Source of the DNA: Octopus sinensis
Lineage: Eukaryota
DNA length: 64,000 nucleotides
NCBI RefSeq assembly: GCF_006345805.1
Contig: NC_043001.1
Coordinates: 87,730,001 to 87,794,000 of the forward strand
Direction: 5' to 3'
Shown here: one piece after another, positions 1-12,636 of the stretch
How the letters are laid out: each line of letters opens with the position of its first letter
How positions within the stretch are numbered: the stretch's first letter is position 1
Notes under the pieces: generated by a model
Told to the model about the DNA's origin: nothing
Seen by the model: the letters and a program-made list of their open reading frames with translations, nothing else
Databases searched by the model: none
Translations under genes and position numbers: made by a program

Positions 1-543
1 TATATATATATATATATATATATTATGTGTGTGTATTTGTGTCTGTGTTTGTTGCCCACCACCATCGCTTAGAAACCGATGCTGGTGTGTTTATGTCCCT
101 GCAATGTAGCGGTTCAGCAGAAGATATTGACAGAATAAGCACCAGGCTTACAAAGAATAAGTCCAGGGGCTGATTTCTTCAATGAAAAGGTGGTACTCCA
201 GCATGGCCACACTCAAATGACACAAACAAGTAACAGAGTAAAAGAGTAATATATATATAAATATATGAACATACATACATATATATATATATAATATATA
301 TATACAAGATAAGAAAATGGAGAAATACATCTAAATCAAATATCAATTACACGATAATACTCAATCACATACTTTATTAAACCACCACATAAGAGACTGT
401 AGGGTTACAAATAAAAAGCAGAACAAATCAGTGTACATACAGTAGTGTACATAAAAAAGTGTACATAAAAGAGTAATGATGTATAATAAGTAGAATATAT
501 ATAAAAGAGAATATAAATATAAGTAAATATAAGTATAGATTAC

Positions 544-670
544 ATCTTACAGCTGTTTCGGCCATGTAGATAAGTATGTCTCATTTTACCAATATTAGCC
601 TTTTATAGTAGGTCAATATATAGATATAAATGAGATATTTACAAAAATATCATAAGGCCTCTTCGGAGAT
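544..670 (-). ncRNA. Degenerate minimal hammerhead-like motif
   Basis: AUCU-CCGAAGA-GGCC-(~92 nt)-GGCC-GAA-ACAGCUGU-A-AGAU; one core change (U4C). Confidence 0.45.
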
Positions 671-889
671 TATGTAATATAAATCAGTCTACATATATAT
701 CCACATGGGTGTGGGTACATACCCATAATACAACATATACATATACATATGAGTGCATATACTCACACTCCTATACATATAAAAATATACATATACATAA
801 TGATATAAATAAATAATATAAATTAGTAAACATATATATGTTCCATCCCATGGAGGGTTGCATTTACAACCCCTATCTCAATTTGTAAC

Positions 890-1004
<115 letters not shown>

Positions 1005-1100
1005 CAAAGGGGTTTGTATGATTGTGTATAGAAGAATATATTACTCAAAGAAATTCCAACTCTGTTTTTCAAGTTTTATTTATATCTTATGATATTAATA

Positions 1101-1479
1101 TCTTTATATATAAAAGAGAGGTTGTGTGTCTGTCACCTACGATTTAGATTCCTAACTACTCCCACATTTTGCAGTGCAGTTTAACCAAAACCGGGTATCT
1201 TATAGTCGTGATTCATATCGAGCCCTTCTGGGTATTAGCGCGTGTCTACGATGAGTCTACGATTTAAAAAAAAATTTACCATCAGTTTTTTTCATTTTAA
1301 TGCATTTTTTTCGCTATTATATAAGGGATGTAACTCTCTAAAAATGTCTACGATGAGTCAACGATTTAAAAAAAAATTTTTTATTTAATTTTTTTGCTAT
1401 TTTTTGGCTATAACTCTCTAAAAATGCTTATATAGTTATTTCCCTTACAAACCCAAGCAACGCTGGGCGATACTGCTAG
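1101..1479 (+). mobile_element. Non-autonomous Helitron (copy A)
   Basis: Starts TC after A and ends CTAG before T, with no TSD. Subterminal hairpin ccc(a)agc-aac-gctggg about 10 nt from the end. Confidence 0.85.
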
Positions 1480-1533
1480 TAAGATATAAAATAATATAGC
1501 AAAAATGTATATATATATATGTGTGTGTGTGTG

Positions 1534-1564
<31 letters not shown>

Positions 1565-1646
1565 ATATATATGGATATATATACATGTGTATATATATAT
1601 GTATATACACATGTATATATATATATATATATATATATACTCATAT

Positions 1647-1689
<43 letters not shown>

Positions 1690-1921
1690 TCATACATATA
1701 TATATATATGATATATACCTATATATACCTATATGTATATATATTATAGCCTCAAACCGACCAAAGCCTTGTAAGTGGATTTCGTAGATGGAAACTGAAA
1801 GAAGACTGTCGTATATATGTGTATATTTGTGTATGTGTGTTTATCTATATTTGTACTGCCACCAGAGTTTGACAATCTATGTTGTGTGTGTGTATATATA
1901 TATGGATATATATATATATAC

Positions 1922-1983
<62 letters not shown>

Positions 1984-2434
1984 GTGTGTATATATATATA
2001 TATATACTCATACATATATATATATGATATATATACCTATATGTATATATATTATAGCCTCAAACCGACCAAAGCCTTGTAAGTGGATTTCGTAGATGGA
2101 AACTGAAAGAAGACTGTCGTATATATGTGTATATTTGTGAATGTGTGTTTATCTATATTTGTACTGCCACCAGAGTTTGACAATCTATGTTGCTGTGTTT
2201 ACGTTCCCATAACTTAGCAGTTCAGCTAAAAACACTGATAGAATAAGTACTTGGCTTAAAAAGAATAAATCCTGAGGTCGATTTTTTTGACAAAAGTCTA
2301 TATTCATATACCATGAGTTTATATTTATATACCATTAGAGGTAGCCACAGTCACATGGCTGAAATGAGTAAAACAATAAAAAAACTATGCCATTTTAATC
2401 CTGAGCAAGGCCGGGTATTTCTGCTAGTATATAT

Positions 2435-2469
<35 letters not shown>

Positions 2470-2679
2470 ATATATATTTCTGTATATATTCCACCCCTTG
2501 AAGCATCCATACATGGCTGTTGCTCAAAAATATTCACTTATACAGTAATTATAACAAATGAATGAATGAATGATCTCCTCTAATGGTATATGAATATAAA
2601 CTCAGCAACTTAAAGCTGGTGTGTGGTGCAGAAACAAATGCAATCAACTATTAAAGCTTGGTATTCTCCATCCTTATAT

Positions 2680-3075
2680 CATCAAGTCATCCTATAAGTT
2701 CTGTCCGAATTTTGAATAAAGAAAACAAGTGATCAAATGTTATATTTAAATGAAATTTAATCATCAATGTACTTCCTTGATTATCTATGACTTCCTTCCA
2801 TCTATTTACAAGCTTTTTAATCCCATCAATGTAAAACTCTTTTGGTTTCAAAGCAATGAACTCTGAAATGTCAGTTTTGACCTCCTCCTGGCTTGCAAAA
2901 GTTATGTCCCTCAAATGATTCTGTAAACTACAAAACAAATGGTGGTCTGAAGGAGCATGGTTGGGAGAATAAGGTGGATGAGGAATTTTTTCCCAATCAA
3001 GCTCTTCGATTTTCTGTGATGTGTGGGGTTGCGCATTTTCCTGATGAAACATCCCTCCTTTTTGATTCACTAAAG
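2680..3075 (-). mobile_element. mariner (DD34D-type) transposase C-terminal fragment
   Basis: HQENAQPH...HPPYSPNHAPSDHHLF...GIKKLVNRWKEVIDNQG matches degenerate HDNARPH/YSPDLAPSDY motifs. One end only. Confidence 0.85.
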
Positions 3076-3305
3076 TGGGTCTTTTTTTCTAGGCAAAGTC
3101 TTTTTATTCTAGATTTTCTCATATTTCATATTTATTTGCTATCTTTCTGGTGTTGGTATAAGAAAGTAATAGTCAAGTAGTAGGGTCAATAGCATCAACT
3201 ACACCCTCCCCTCCAGAAGTGTTGGCTTTGTGCCAAAATGAGAAACCATTGTTTCAACTTGTTTATTTGTCATTCTGTTTGTCTTTTTTATAGCCCCCAC
3301 TGCAA

Positions 3306-3480
3306 ATGAATCCACAAATACCTTCAGCCCCAGCGTATTCGCAGATTCCTCAACAAGAAAATAGTGTACAGGCAGCACCATATAACACACCAGTTCCTCC
3401 ATATCCTAATGAACCACCCCCTAATTATGAACCGCCCAAAGGATATTATGCGCCATTCCCTAATCAGCCCAGAGCGCAAG
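3306..3480 (+). CDS. LITAF: LITAF-family protein, coding exon 1 of 3 (join 3306..3480,19719..19935,23811..23922; 167 aa)
   Basis: Acceptor ttttttatag ends 3293, ATG 3306, donor caag|gtaagt after 3480 (phase 1). Encodes a Pro-rich N-terminus with PSAP (IPSAPAY) and PPxY (PPNY) motifs typical of LITAF/SIMPLE. Family call; a CDIP1-type paralog is not excluded. Confidence 0.9.
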
Positions 3481-3774
3481 GTAAGTACAATTTATTTAAT
3501 TGATGAGATTGAGTCTGAATATGTTTAGTATGATGACCTAGTTGTTAATATATTGCACTTTGTACTTGTCACACATAATGCCTCCAGTGTGAGTAAATAA
3601 GAGAGCTTTTACATGGTCAGTTATGTAAGGAGACTTAGAATTAAATTTTACAGTTTTTAGTAACTAGGATCAGACCATACTTAGATCAGGTAATGTGTCC
3701 TGAATATTAACTAATCAACTTCCAGAAATGTCATTCCATATTATAGAGTGTTCTATTATGTTCCCACATAAATT

Positions 3775-4095
3775 TATTTATTTATGCGCCCTTTTCAAGC
3801 CTAGCCAGGCTCACGGGCCTAGTTTCCCGGTTTCTATGGCGTATGTGTTTCCCCCCAGCTGGACAGGATGCCAGTCCATCGCAGCATTACTCAAGAAGCA
3901 GGAAGAAAGAGTGAGAGAAAGTTGGGGCGAAAGAATACAACAGGGGTTGCCACTACCCCCTGCTGGAGCCTCGTGGAGCTTTAGGTGTTTTTGCTCAATA
4001 AACACACACAACGCCCGGTCTGGGAATCGAAACTGTGATCCTCCGACTGCGAGTCCATTGCTCTAACCACTGGGCGATTGCACCTCCACTCCCAC
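3775..4095 (-). mobile_element. Second SINE family (tRNA head, gcgatggactggc core)
   Basis: Head with A/B-box-like cagtggttagagc...gtttcgattccc. Homologous copies on + at ~8995-9295 and ~9975-10225. Confidence 0.75.
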
Positions 4096-4261
4096 ATAAA
4101 TAAGGGTAATAAAAGCAAAAGGGTGCCAGAATCAGTGTAGAGGCTAGAGATGATATCATAGAAGATAGACAAACAAATGACTCATGGTTCCTGCTCGACT
4201 TGTGTTTAAAGCAATTTGACATCATTGCACTGCTCCATGCTCATATATAATATTTATGATA

Positions 4262-4643
4262 TCTCTATATATATAAAGCTGAAGTTGTCTGTGTATGGCA
4301 GGTTTGGTAGCCTTCAACTAACACTATCTCCTCTGAGACCCTGTGGCACAAATTGACCAAAATTGAAAGTATGATAGAAGAATGCTTGCTCTACTTCCTT
4401 AGAAGAAAAAATTCAAATAGGACCATGTTAATACCAAAAATTATTTACACCAAAAAGGTGCTTTTTTTCTATGAAAATCCCTATTTTTTATGATTTTTTG
4501 ACTGCTGTGTCACCATTTTTCAGTGTATTTCAAACAGAAAAATGTTCACTTAAAGAGCTACATGATGCAAAATTTTTACTTTTCAAAAATTCCAATTCTA
4601 AAGGGTCAAAACAAACCCGAGCAACGCCGGGCAATACTGCTAG
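4262..4643 (+). mobile_element. Non-autonomous Helitron (copy C, different body)
   Basis: a|TCtctatatatataaag start, cccgagcaacgccggg hairpin, CTAG|t end. Confidence 0.8.
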
Positions 4644-5591
4644 TTATAATATAACATAGTATCCTCATCCCTTGCAACACAAATAAGTAACCAGTTAATT
4701 CTTAGTCATAAACACATCAGAGGGACATGTAAGATGCACAGACAGCAAGCCCTTTAGACAGACAAGTTTCCTTGGTTGCAGCTCAGCCCTGAATTAAAGG
4801 AATATTTGACTATGATGGACAGAGCATTATTCCTGCCTCTCATCCAAAGCTAACCTTTTCTATTATTAATGTAACTTTGAACTACATTTGCTTCTAGCAT
4901 ACCACAGTACACTACTGGCAAGCGGCTATATAATCATGTAAATATCGTGCTACGTTTCTATAAAAATAAATGTTATTTAAACAACATTAGGAGTTGGTTT
5001 CTATGTGGGACAGCATGCCGTAAAACCTTATACCAATCAATAAAGATCTATCTAACCTGTCTGACAATTAAAATTGCTAGAATTAGCAAGCTTTTTTCCC
5101 TCACCCCCACCCCAACCACCACCACCACCACTACCACCACCACCACCACCATCTACATCATTAATTAATGTTTACTTTTCCATGCTTGTATGGGGCAGAC
5201 AAAATTTGTTGAGGTAGATTTTCAACTGACCACCACCACTGGATTGCAAAATTTGAAGCTAGATATGTGTGTAGTAGTAGTGTTAACAGCATCAGCTAAA
5301 CCCTTACCTTCAGAAGTGCTGACTTTGTACAAGAATCAGAAACCCTTGTTTCAACTTGTTCATTAGTCATTATGCGTGTCTTTTTAATAGCCCCTACTGC
5401 AAATGAATCTACAGGAGTGGCTGTGTGGTAAGTAGCTTGCTTACCAACCACATAGTTCCGGGTTCAGTCCCACTGCGTGGCACCTTGGGCAAGTTTCTTC
5501 TACTATAGCCTCAGGTTGACCAAAGCCTTCTGAGTGGAGTTGGTAGATGGAAACTGAAAGAAGCCCATCATATATATGTATATATATATAT

Positions 5592-5625
<34 letters not shown>

Positions 5626-5648
5626 ATATGTATATGTATATATATAAA

Positions 5649-5679
<31 letters not shown>

Positions 5680-5760
5680 TATACAGTTGCGACCAAAATG
5701 TTCAGAACGGCATTGTTTTCGTCAGAAAAGTAGGTATAAGTTTTTATCAAAGTTGTTTTA

Positions 5761-6148
5761 TCTTTATATATAAAAGTCAAGTTGTGTGTCTGTCTCCTAC
5801 GATTTAGATTCCTAACTACTCCCACATTTTGCAGTGCAGTTTAACCAAAACCGGGTATCTTATAGTCGTGATTCATATCGAGCCCTTCTGGGTATTAGCG
5901 CGCGTCTACGATGAGTCTACGATTAAAAAAAAAATTTACCATAATTTTTTTCCATTTTAATGCATTTTTTCGCTATTATATAAGGGAAGTAACTCTGTAA
6001 AAATGTCTACGATGAGTCAACGATTTAAAAAAAAATTTACCATAATTTTTTTTCCATTTTTTTTGCTATTTTTTGGCTATAACTCTCTAAAAATGGTTAT
6101 ATATATATTTCCCTTACAAACCCGAGCAACGCTGGGCGATACTGCTAG
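5761..6148 (+). mobile_element. Non-autonomous Helitron (copy B) inside the Tc1 left TIR
   Basis: Near-identical to copy A. Removing 5761-6148 restores tttta|tattct exactly as in the right TIR, showing A|T insertion without TSD. Confidence 0.92.
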
Positions 6149-6413
6149 TATTCTATAATTTTAACAGACAATAATTACGATATTATTTGTTATTGTCTGA
6201 GATTTTGGTGTAATTTGAGAGGATAATAAAAAAGTTATGGATGATTTAGTGATTTACTGCAAAACCCATGGCGGCCAAAATGATCAGAACGGTTGCTTTT
6301 ACTCCATGTTTTAGTATATTTAACCGTCGAACTCAATTGTTTTGAATTTGTTTACGTGACAGTTCGTTTACTAAACATTAGTAAGAATATCTGCAGTGTA
6401 CTTTGTTAATATA

Positions 6414-7460
6414 ATGCCACTTACTCCGTTACCAATTCGTCAGCAGATTATTAAGCTTCGAAAGAAGGTTAATTTAAGTATTAGGTCTATTGCAAAGATT
6501 GTTAACAAGTCAAAAAGTGTTGTTCACGGTATACTTAAGGTCTACGATGATTGTGGTTCGTGTGAAGCAAGAAGGTCTACAGGTAAGCCAAGAAAAACGA
6601 CCACGAGAGAAGATCGTGCTATGGTAAAGTTGGTTAAAAAGGACAGATTTAAAACTGTTGCTGCTGTTTTTCGGGAAACGAGCATTGTACTGAAGAAAAC
6701 TTTATCTCAAAAAACTGTGTCTCGTCCTTTAGTTGAACATGACCTACAAGCAAGAGCACCTGCAGTGAAGCCACTGATTAGCTCCAAGAATAAAAAGTGT
6801 CGTCTTACCTTTGCAACCGAACATGTGTTGTGGTCTCAAGAAAAATGGCAAACGGTGCATTTCAGTGATGAATTTAAGTCTATGTTATTTGGCTCAGATG
6901 GGAAAAGGTACGTTCGTCGAAAAGCAGGTGAAAAATTGTCACCTAAATGCCTTAAGACTAGTGTTAAATTCAGTGGAGGAAGTGTCATGGTTTGGGGGAT
7001 GATATCTGGAGATGTTGTGGGCCCTTTACTTCGATTACATGGAAAGGTAAATGCAGGAGTTTATAAACAACTTGTAAAAGATCATGTCTTGCCTGTGCTG
7101 AGAAATTCAACTAAGCGACCACCCATATTCATGCAGGACAATGCCCCATGTCACAAGGCTAAGGTGGTCATGAACTTCCTCAAGGCTGAAAAGGTTATTG
7201 TTATGGATTGGCCTGCTCAAAGCCCAGACCTCAATCCTATTGAAAATGTGTGGAATATTCTAGGAGAACGTTTGAAAGCCAGAAATCCTAAAACAACCGA
7301 GCAATTATGGAATGCTCTTCAGGAAGAATGGAATAAGATCATCCAGCAAGAAATTGAAAATTTAATTTCCCCATGCAGTCAAAAATGTCAAACTTTGATT
7401 GAAGCTAAAGGGCTTCACACTAAATATGAAATAATTCCAGCATTCTCTGTCACTTTTTGA
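6414..7460 (+). CDS. Tc1 transposase, DD34E, open frame
   Basis: First ATG at 6414 (the ORF track starts at GTG 6396). Paired-like HTH with TGKPRKTT linker, then FSDE, QDNAPCH and WPAQSPDLNPIENVW, with 34 residues between D2 and E. Confidence 0.93.
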   Translation: MPLTPLPIRQQIIKLRKKVNLSIRSIAKIVNKSKSVVHGILKVYDDCGSCEARRSTGKPRKTTTREDRAMVKLVKKDRFKTVAAVFRETSIVLKKTLSQKTVSRPLVEHDLQARAPAVKPLISSKNKKCRLTFATEHVLWSQEKWQTVHFSDEFKSMLFGSDGKRYVRRKAGEKLSPKCLKTSVKFSGGSVMVWGMISGDVVGPLLRLHGKVNAGVYKQLVKDHVLPVLRNSTKRPPIFMQDNAPCHKAKVVMNFLKAEKVIVMDWPAQSPDLNPIENVWNILGERLKARNPKTTEQLWNALQEEWNKIIQQEIENLISPCSQKCQTLIEAKGLHTKYEIIPAFSVTF

Positions 7461-7698
7461 TTATTTTGTTATTTTTTCAATCGTTCTGATCATTTTGGCC
7501 ACCATGGGTTTTGCAGTAAATCCCTATATCATCCATAACTTTTGTATTATCCACTCAAATTACATCAAAATCTCAAACAATACTAATTAATATCGTATTT
7601 ATTGACTGTGAAAATTATAGAATATAAAACAACTTTAATAAAAACTTATACCTACTTTTCTGACAAAAACAATGCTGTTCTGAACATTTTGGCCGCAA

Positions 7699-7756
<58 letters not shown>

Positions 7757-10700
7757 GTGTTAATGTTTGTGTCTGTGTTTGACCCCCAACATCGCTTGAC
7801 AACCGATGGTGGTGTGTTTACGTCCCCATAACTTAGCGGTTCAGCAAAAGAGACTGATAGAATGGGCTTCCAAAAAATAAGTCCTGGGGTTGATTTGCTC
7901 AACTAAAGGCGGTGTTCCAGCATGGCCACAGTCAAATGACTGAAACAAGTAAAAGAGTAAAAGAGTAAAAGAGATACCTTCAGCTTCAGTGTATTTGCAG
8001 ATTCCTCAACAAGAAAGCAGTGTACAGGCAGCACCATATAGCACACTAGTTTCTCCATCTCCCAATGAACTACCCACTAATTACAAACCACCCAAAGGAT
8101 ATTATGCGTAGTATATTTATGTGTAGTATTCTAAACATAATCTCAGTCAAGGTGTCCATATGTGAATGCTTATAAGTTAAATATAACAACAGCAGAAATT
8201 GTGACTAATTCAAATCATTGAATAAAACTTTTAGAGGAAAGACTTGCATACACATTAGTTAATTCAATGATTTGTTTTGACTTTTTGATGGATTCGTGTG
8301 AGACAGCTTTACTGTTACTAGAACTGCCATGACTGTTATTGCTACTGCTGTAGCTAACACTGTTGTTATGATTGGTAATCAATGGCAAGCAATTTGTAAC
8401 ACAAGTAATATAGAACAGGATGTAGTATTATCAAGGGAGTTAGTCTACTTAGTTTCCATATTTGCCAGCAGATAGCATCATGGTATCTTGGGCAAGAGTC
8501 TGCTGCTATAACTTTAGGCTGCCCAAAGCCTTGTGAGCAGATTTTGTGGAGGGAAACTAAAAGAAGACTCTTGTATATATATTCATGCATGTGTTTGCAT
8601 GTATGCGTGCTTGTGCCTCCGCATGTTCTGATATCACATGATAGTTGTAAACAAACATCACCTTTATACCAGCAATGTTTGGAAACAAGGGAGGGTTGGT
8701 GACAGGAAGGCAATTCAACAGTAGGAAATTTGCCTCAATGAACTCTGATCAATGCAGGCATGTAAAAATGGATGTTAAACTGATGATGAGAAAACACAAA
8801 TTCTTCCAATAAATTGTAAGCGTTATAAAATGGACAAATTTTTTTACCACTAAAATTATTTATTATTACTTAATCTCATTTGAAAATTTAACTAAAATAT
8901 CACATTGGTAATGCTTTTTAAAAAAAATTTTAAGCAAAAACACAATGATGAAGGAAAATAAGAAATGTTTATTAACTAGTTATGGTTCTACAAGTGGAGG
9001 CACATGGTCTAGTGGTTAGAGCAGCGGACTCGCAGTCGAGGGATCGCGGGTTCAAATCTCAGATCGGCCGATGTGTATGTTTATGAGTGAAATACCTAAG
9101 CTCCACGTGGCTCTGGCAGAAGGTAATGGTGAACTTCTGCTGACTCTTTCGCCACAACTTTCTCTCACTCTTTCCTCCTGCATCTTGCAGCTCACCTGTG
9201 ATGGACCGGTGTCCCATCCAGGTGGGGAACCTATATGCCAAGGAAACTGGGAAACTGGCCCTTATGAGCCAGGCATGGCTCGAGAAGGAACAAACATGTT
9301 TCTACAAATATTCGTAAACACATTACAATATGTAATACTTTTCCTGTGCATTAAACCAAAAGAATATAGCTTTTGTTCATTACTTATTGAATAGTTTATA
9401 AAGTATTAGAATTCACCACAGCTTTTATATACACCTTGCAACTTTCAAAGCCAAGATTTTTATTTAAAACTTTAACTGCCTTTTGAATATTATGTAGAAG
9501 GTATATAGATATCACTATTACATCATATGCCTAAGGAAGTAAGCTGGTAGAATCGTTAGCACGATGGGACACAATGCTTAGTGATATTTCTTCCAGCTTT
9601 ATGTTCTGTCTGAGATCGAGTTCTGCCAAGGTCAACTTTGCCTTTCATCCTTTGCAGGTTGATAAAATAAGTACCTGTTGAACACTGGGACTGATGTAAT
9701 TGTCTAGCCCTCTCTCCCAATATTTTAGACTTTGTGCCTGTAGGAAAAAGGATTATTACATGTGTCAAGGTTACTTGATAATAGTTAGATGATGCAAAAA
9801 ATAAAATAATGGGTACTAACAAGTAATAGTAGTAGTAGTAGAAGAGGCTCAGATGAATGCTAATCACTATAATTTATAATCAACAACGTGTTCTACTAAT
9901 GCAGTATCAGAACCATTACAGCATGATCAAGAAAATTCTAATGATTCTCTTTATCTGGATGCTATTGTAGAGTATGTGGAGGCATGTGGCTTAGTGGTTA
10001 GGGTGTCAGCATCATGATCGTAAGATTGTGGTTTCGATCCCTGGACCAGGCGATGTGTTGTGTTCTTGAGCAAAACACTTCATTTCACGTTGCTCCAGTC
10101 CACTCAGCTGGCAAAAATGAGTAATGCTGCGATGGACTGGCGTCCCGTTTCAGCTGGGGAACACATACGCCATAGAAACTGGGAAACCAGGCCTATGAGC
10201 CTGGCTAGGCTTTAAAAGGGTGCATTTATATTTTATTTTATTGTAGAGCATAAAAATTATCCTCTTTTGTTTGTCATGATAATGTTCATAAATTGCCATG
10301 GCTAGGAATCTATCATTTATGTAGAGAAAAAAAGAAAGGAGTCACTACTCAAAGGTATACTGATCTAATAATAATTTCTGTTTTAGGCACGAGGCCAGCA
10401 GTTTTGAGGTGTGGCAGTTAACCATTGACCCCAATACTTAACTGGTACTTTATTGACTCTGAAAAGATGAAAGGCAAAGTTGACCTTGACAAAATTTGAA
10501 TTCAGAACATAAAGGGTAGGAAGCAGTACTGCAGATCATTTTTTTCCATCAAAGCTCAAATGATTCTTATTTCTTTATTGCCCACAAAGGGCTAAACATA
10601 GAGGGGACAAACAAGGACAGACAAAGGGATTAAGTCGATTACATCGACCCAAGTGCGTAACTGGTACTTATTTAGTCGACCCCAAAATGATGAAAGGCAA

Positions 10701-12326
10701 AGTCGACATCAGTGGAATTTGAACACAGAACGTAATGGCAAACAAAATACCGCTAAGCATTTTGCCCAGTGTGCTAACATTTCTGCCAGCTTGCCACCTC
10801 AAAGCTCAAATGATTCTACCAGCTTGCAACCTTGTATGTTGATATAATAACTTTTCTACTAAAAGCACAAGGCCTGAAATATTGTGTGTGTGTGTGTGTG
10901 TGAGTGGGGGTGGTTAGTTAATTATGTTAATCCCAGTGCTCGACGGGTACTTATTCTGTTAACCCTGAAAGGATAAGACAGTAAAGTCGACTGCATTGGA
11001 ATTTGAACTCAAACATAAAGGCAGGATAAATACCATTAAGCATTCTGTCCTGAGTGTTAATGATTCTGCAAGCCTGTCATCTTATGTTGATTTTCAGTAC
11101 CATTTTAAAGACAATTGCAGCTGTTTCAGACAACTCAAAATTCAATAATATAAGTATTGAGATTTTAATTGATTTTGGAAGTTTAGAAATGTTTATTCAC
11201 ACCACTTTGCGATTAACAGGACATTGCCTATTAATTTTCATTTCTCTAATAATTATTGTTTCTTTGATGCACAAGAAAGTCATGGGGGTTTTATTACTTG
11301 TGATGTTTCTCTTAATGACAACATTTACAATATAAAATTTCCAACAATGGATGGACTTTGAGTACCTTTATTATAGGAAAAAAGTTGTATATCTCTTCAC
11401 AATGTCAAGATTAAATTTAGTAATACATAACCTACATTCTTGATTTGTAGCCTAACTTATATGCTTATTGTCTATAAGTTTTTAAGAACTTCAATGAAAA
11501 ATATAAATCTATTACTATTCATTCTAAGTAGATTTTTCTTCTGAAAATGACGAACAATTTTTTTGTGTGTATATATGGTGATGGTGATAGTGGTAGTTGT
11601 GTTGAGGCTGCTGTAGGAAGCCAACCATTAATTGAAAGATGGAATAATAGAGGTACATGATTCTCTATGGCATGCCTAGATTGTTGCTGTGAAATATTCT
11701 AATAGACTAATAATGGTACGAGGTTATTCCTGAAATGTTAATTACATTTTCAACTTTGGTAAATAACACTTTAAAATACATTTTCCTAGTAAGCTGAATT
11801 TAAAAATAAGCTTATCATCAAGTACCAACATAAAGTGGCAAGCTACCAGAGTCATTACTGTACTTGACAAAATTCTTATCAGTATCTCTTCCAGCTCTTT
11901 ATGTTCTGAATTCAAATACTGCTTTTCATTGTTTCAGGGTTGATAAAATAAGTACCTGTTGAACACTGGAGTCAATGTAGTCAACTTCTCCCTCCCTTCA
12001 AAATTGCTGGTTTTGTACTAAGATTAGGAAGAATTATCAAGTCCTTTGCATGTTGGTGACTGATCTCATATCAGGTTTGAAAGTATGGGAAATGTGTGTC
12101 AGTCATGTGAAATGCTTTTTGGGATGGAAAATACTGTTGCTGCTTTTCAAAGAATAATTGATGCTATAATTATTGTTAGTCGGTTGCAACATTTGCTAAT
12201 CCTGATGATGCTATTGTATGTGGAGTAAGCATGGAGGTATATCACTAAAATTTAGACTAATGTTACTTATGATTATCAGGAAATATCAAAATGACAGGGG
12301 AGGGCCTGCACACACACAATATATAC

Positions 12327-12373
<47 letters not shown>

Positions 12374-12434
12374 AATTAGTAATGCAATACTAGAGTATTG
12401 GTTTCTAGTAAAGAATAGCCCGTGAAGGGAAAAT

Positions 12435-12592
12435 TATACAAAGAAGTAAATATATGGCACAACGAAGTACCGATATTTACTGGAAATAGCGAACGTAATA
12501 ATACGCGGTGAAGCTATACATTAGCGTCGTATTATTACGTTCGCTATTTCCAGTAAATATCGGTACTTCGTTGTGCCATATATTTACTTCTT

Positions 12593-12636
<44 letters not shown>

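Larger units (their letters stand above)
5684..7701 (+). mobile_element. Tc1-family DNA transposon, IR-DR type, ~220-bp TIRs
   Basis: Left TIR 5684-5760 plus 6149-6291 (Helitron removed); right TIR 7482-7701; about 17 mismatches in 220 by hand alignment. Each TIR has outer and inner direct repeats gccaaaatg(t/a)tcagaac. TA on the left; inserted in (TA)n. Confidence 0.93.
5415..7973 (+). mobile_element. tRNA-head SINE with internal (TA)n, hosting the Tc1 element
   Basis: Head gagtggctgtgtggtaag...gttccgggttcagtccc at 5415. Body resumes after (TA)n at ~7750 and ends in an (agtaaaag)n tail at 7973. Same family at ~30-250, 13000-13390 (-) and 48630-48940 (-). Confidence 0.85.
5391..8111 (+). pseudogene. 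Decayed duplicate of LITAF coding exon 1, split by nested insertions (pieces 5391-5414 and 7974-8111)
   Basis: 5290-5414 matches 3195-3317, including the acceptor and ATG. 7974-8108 matches the rest of the exon (IPSASVYLQIPQQESSVQAAPYSTLVSPSPNELPTNYKPPKGYYA), followed by TAG. Confidence 0.88.
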
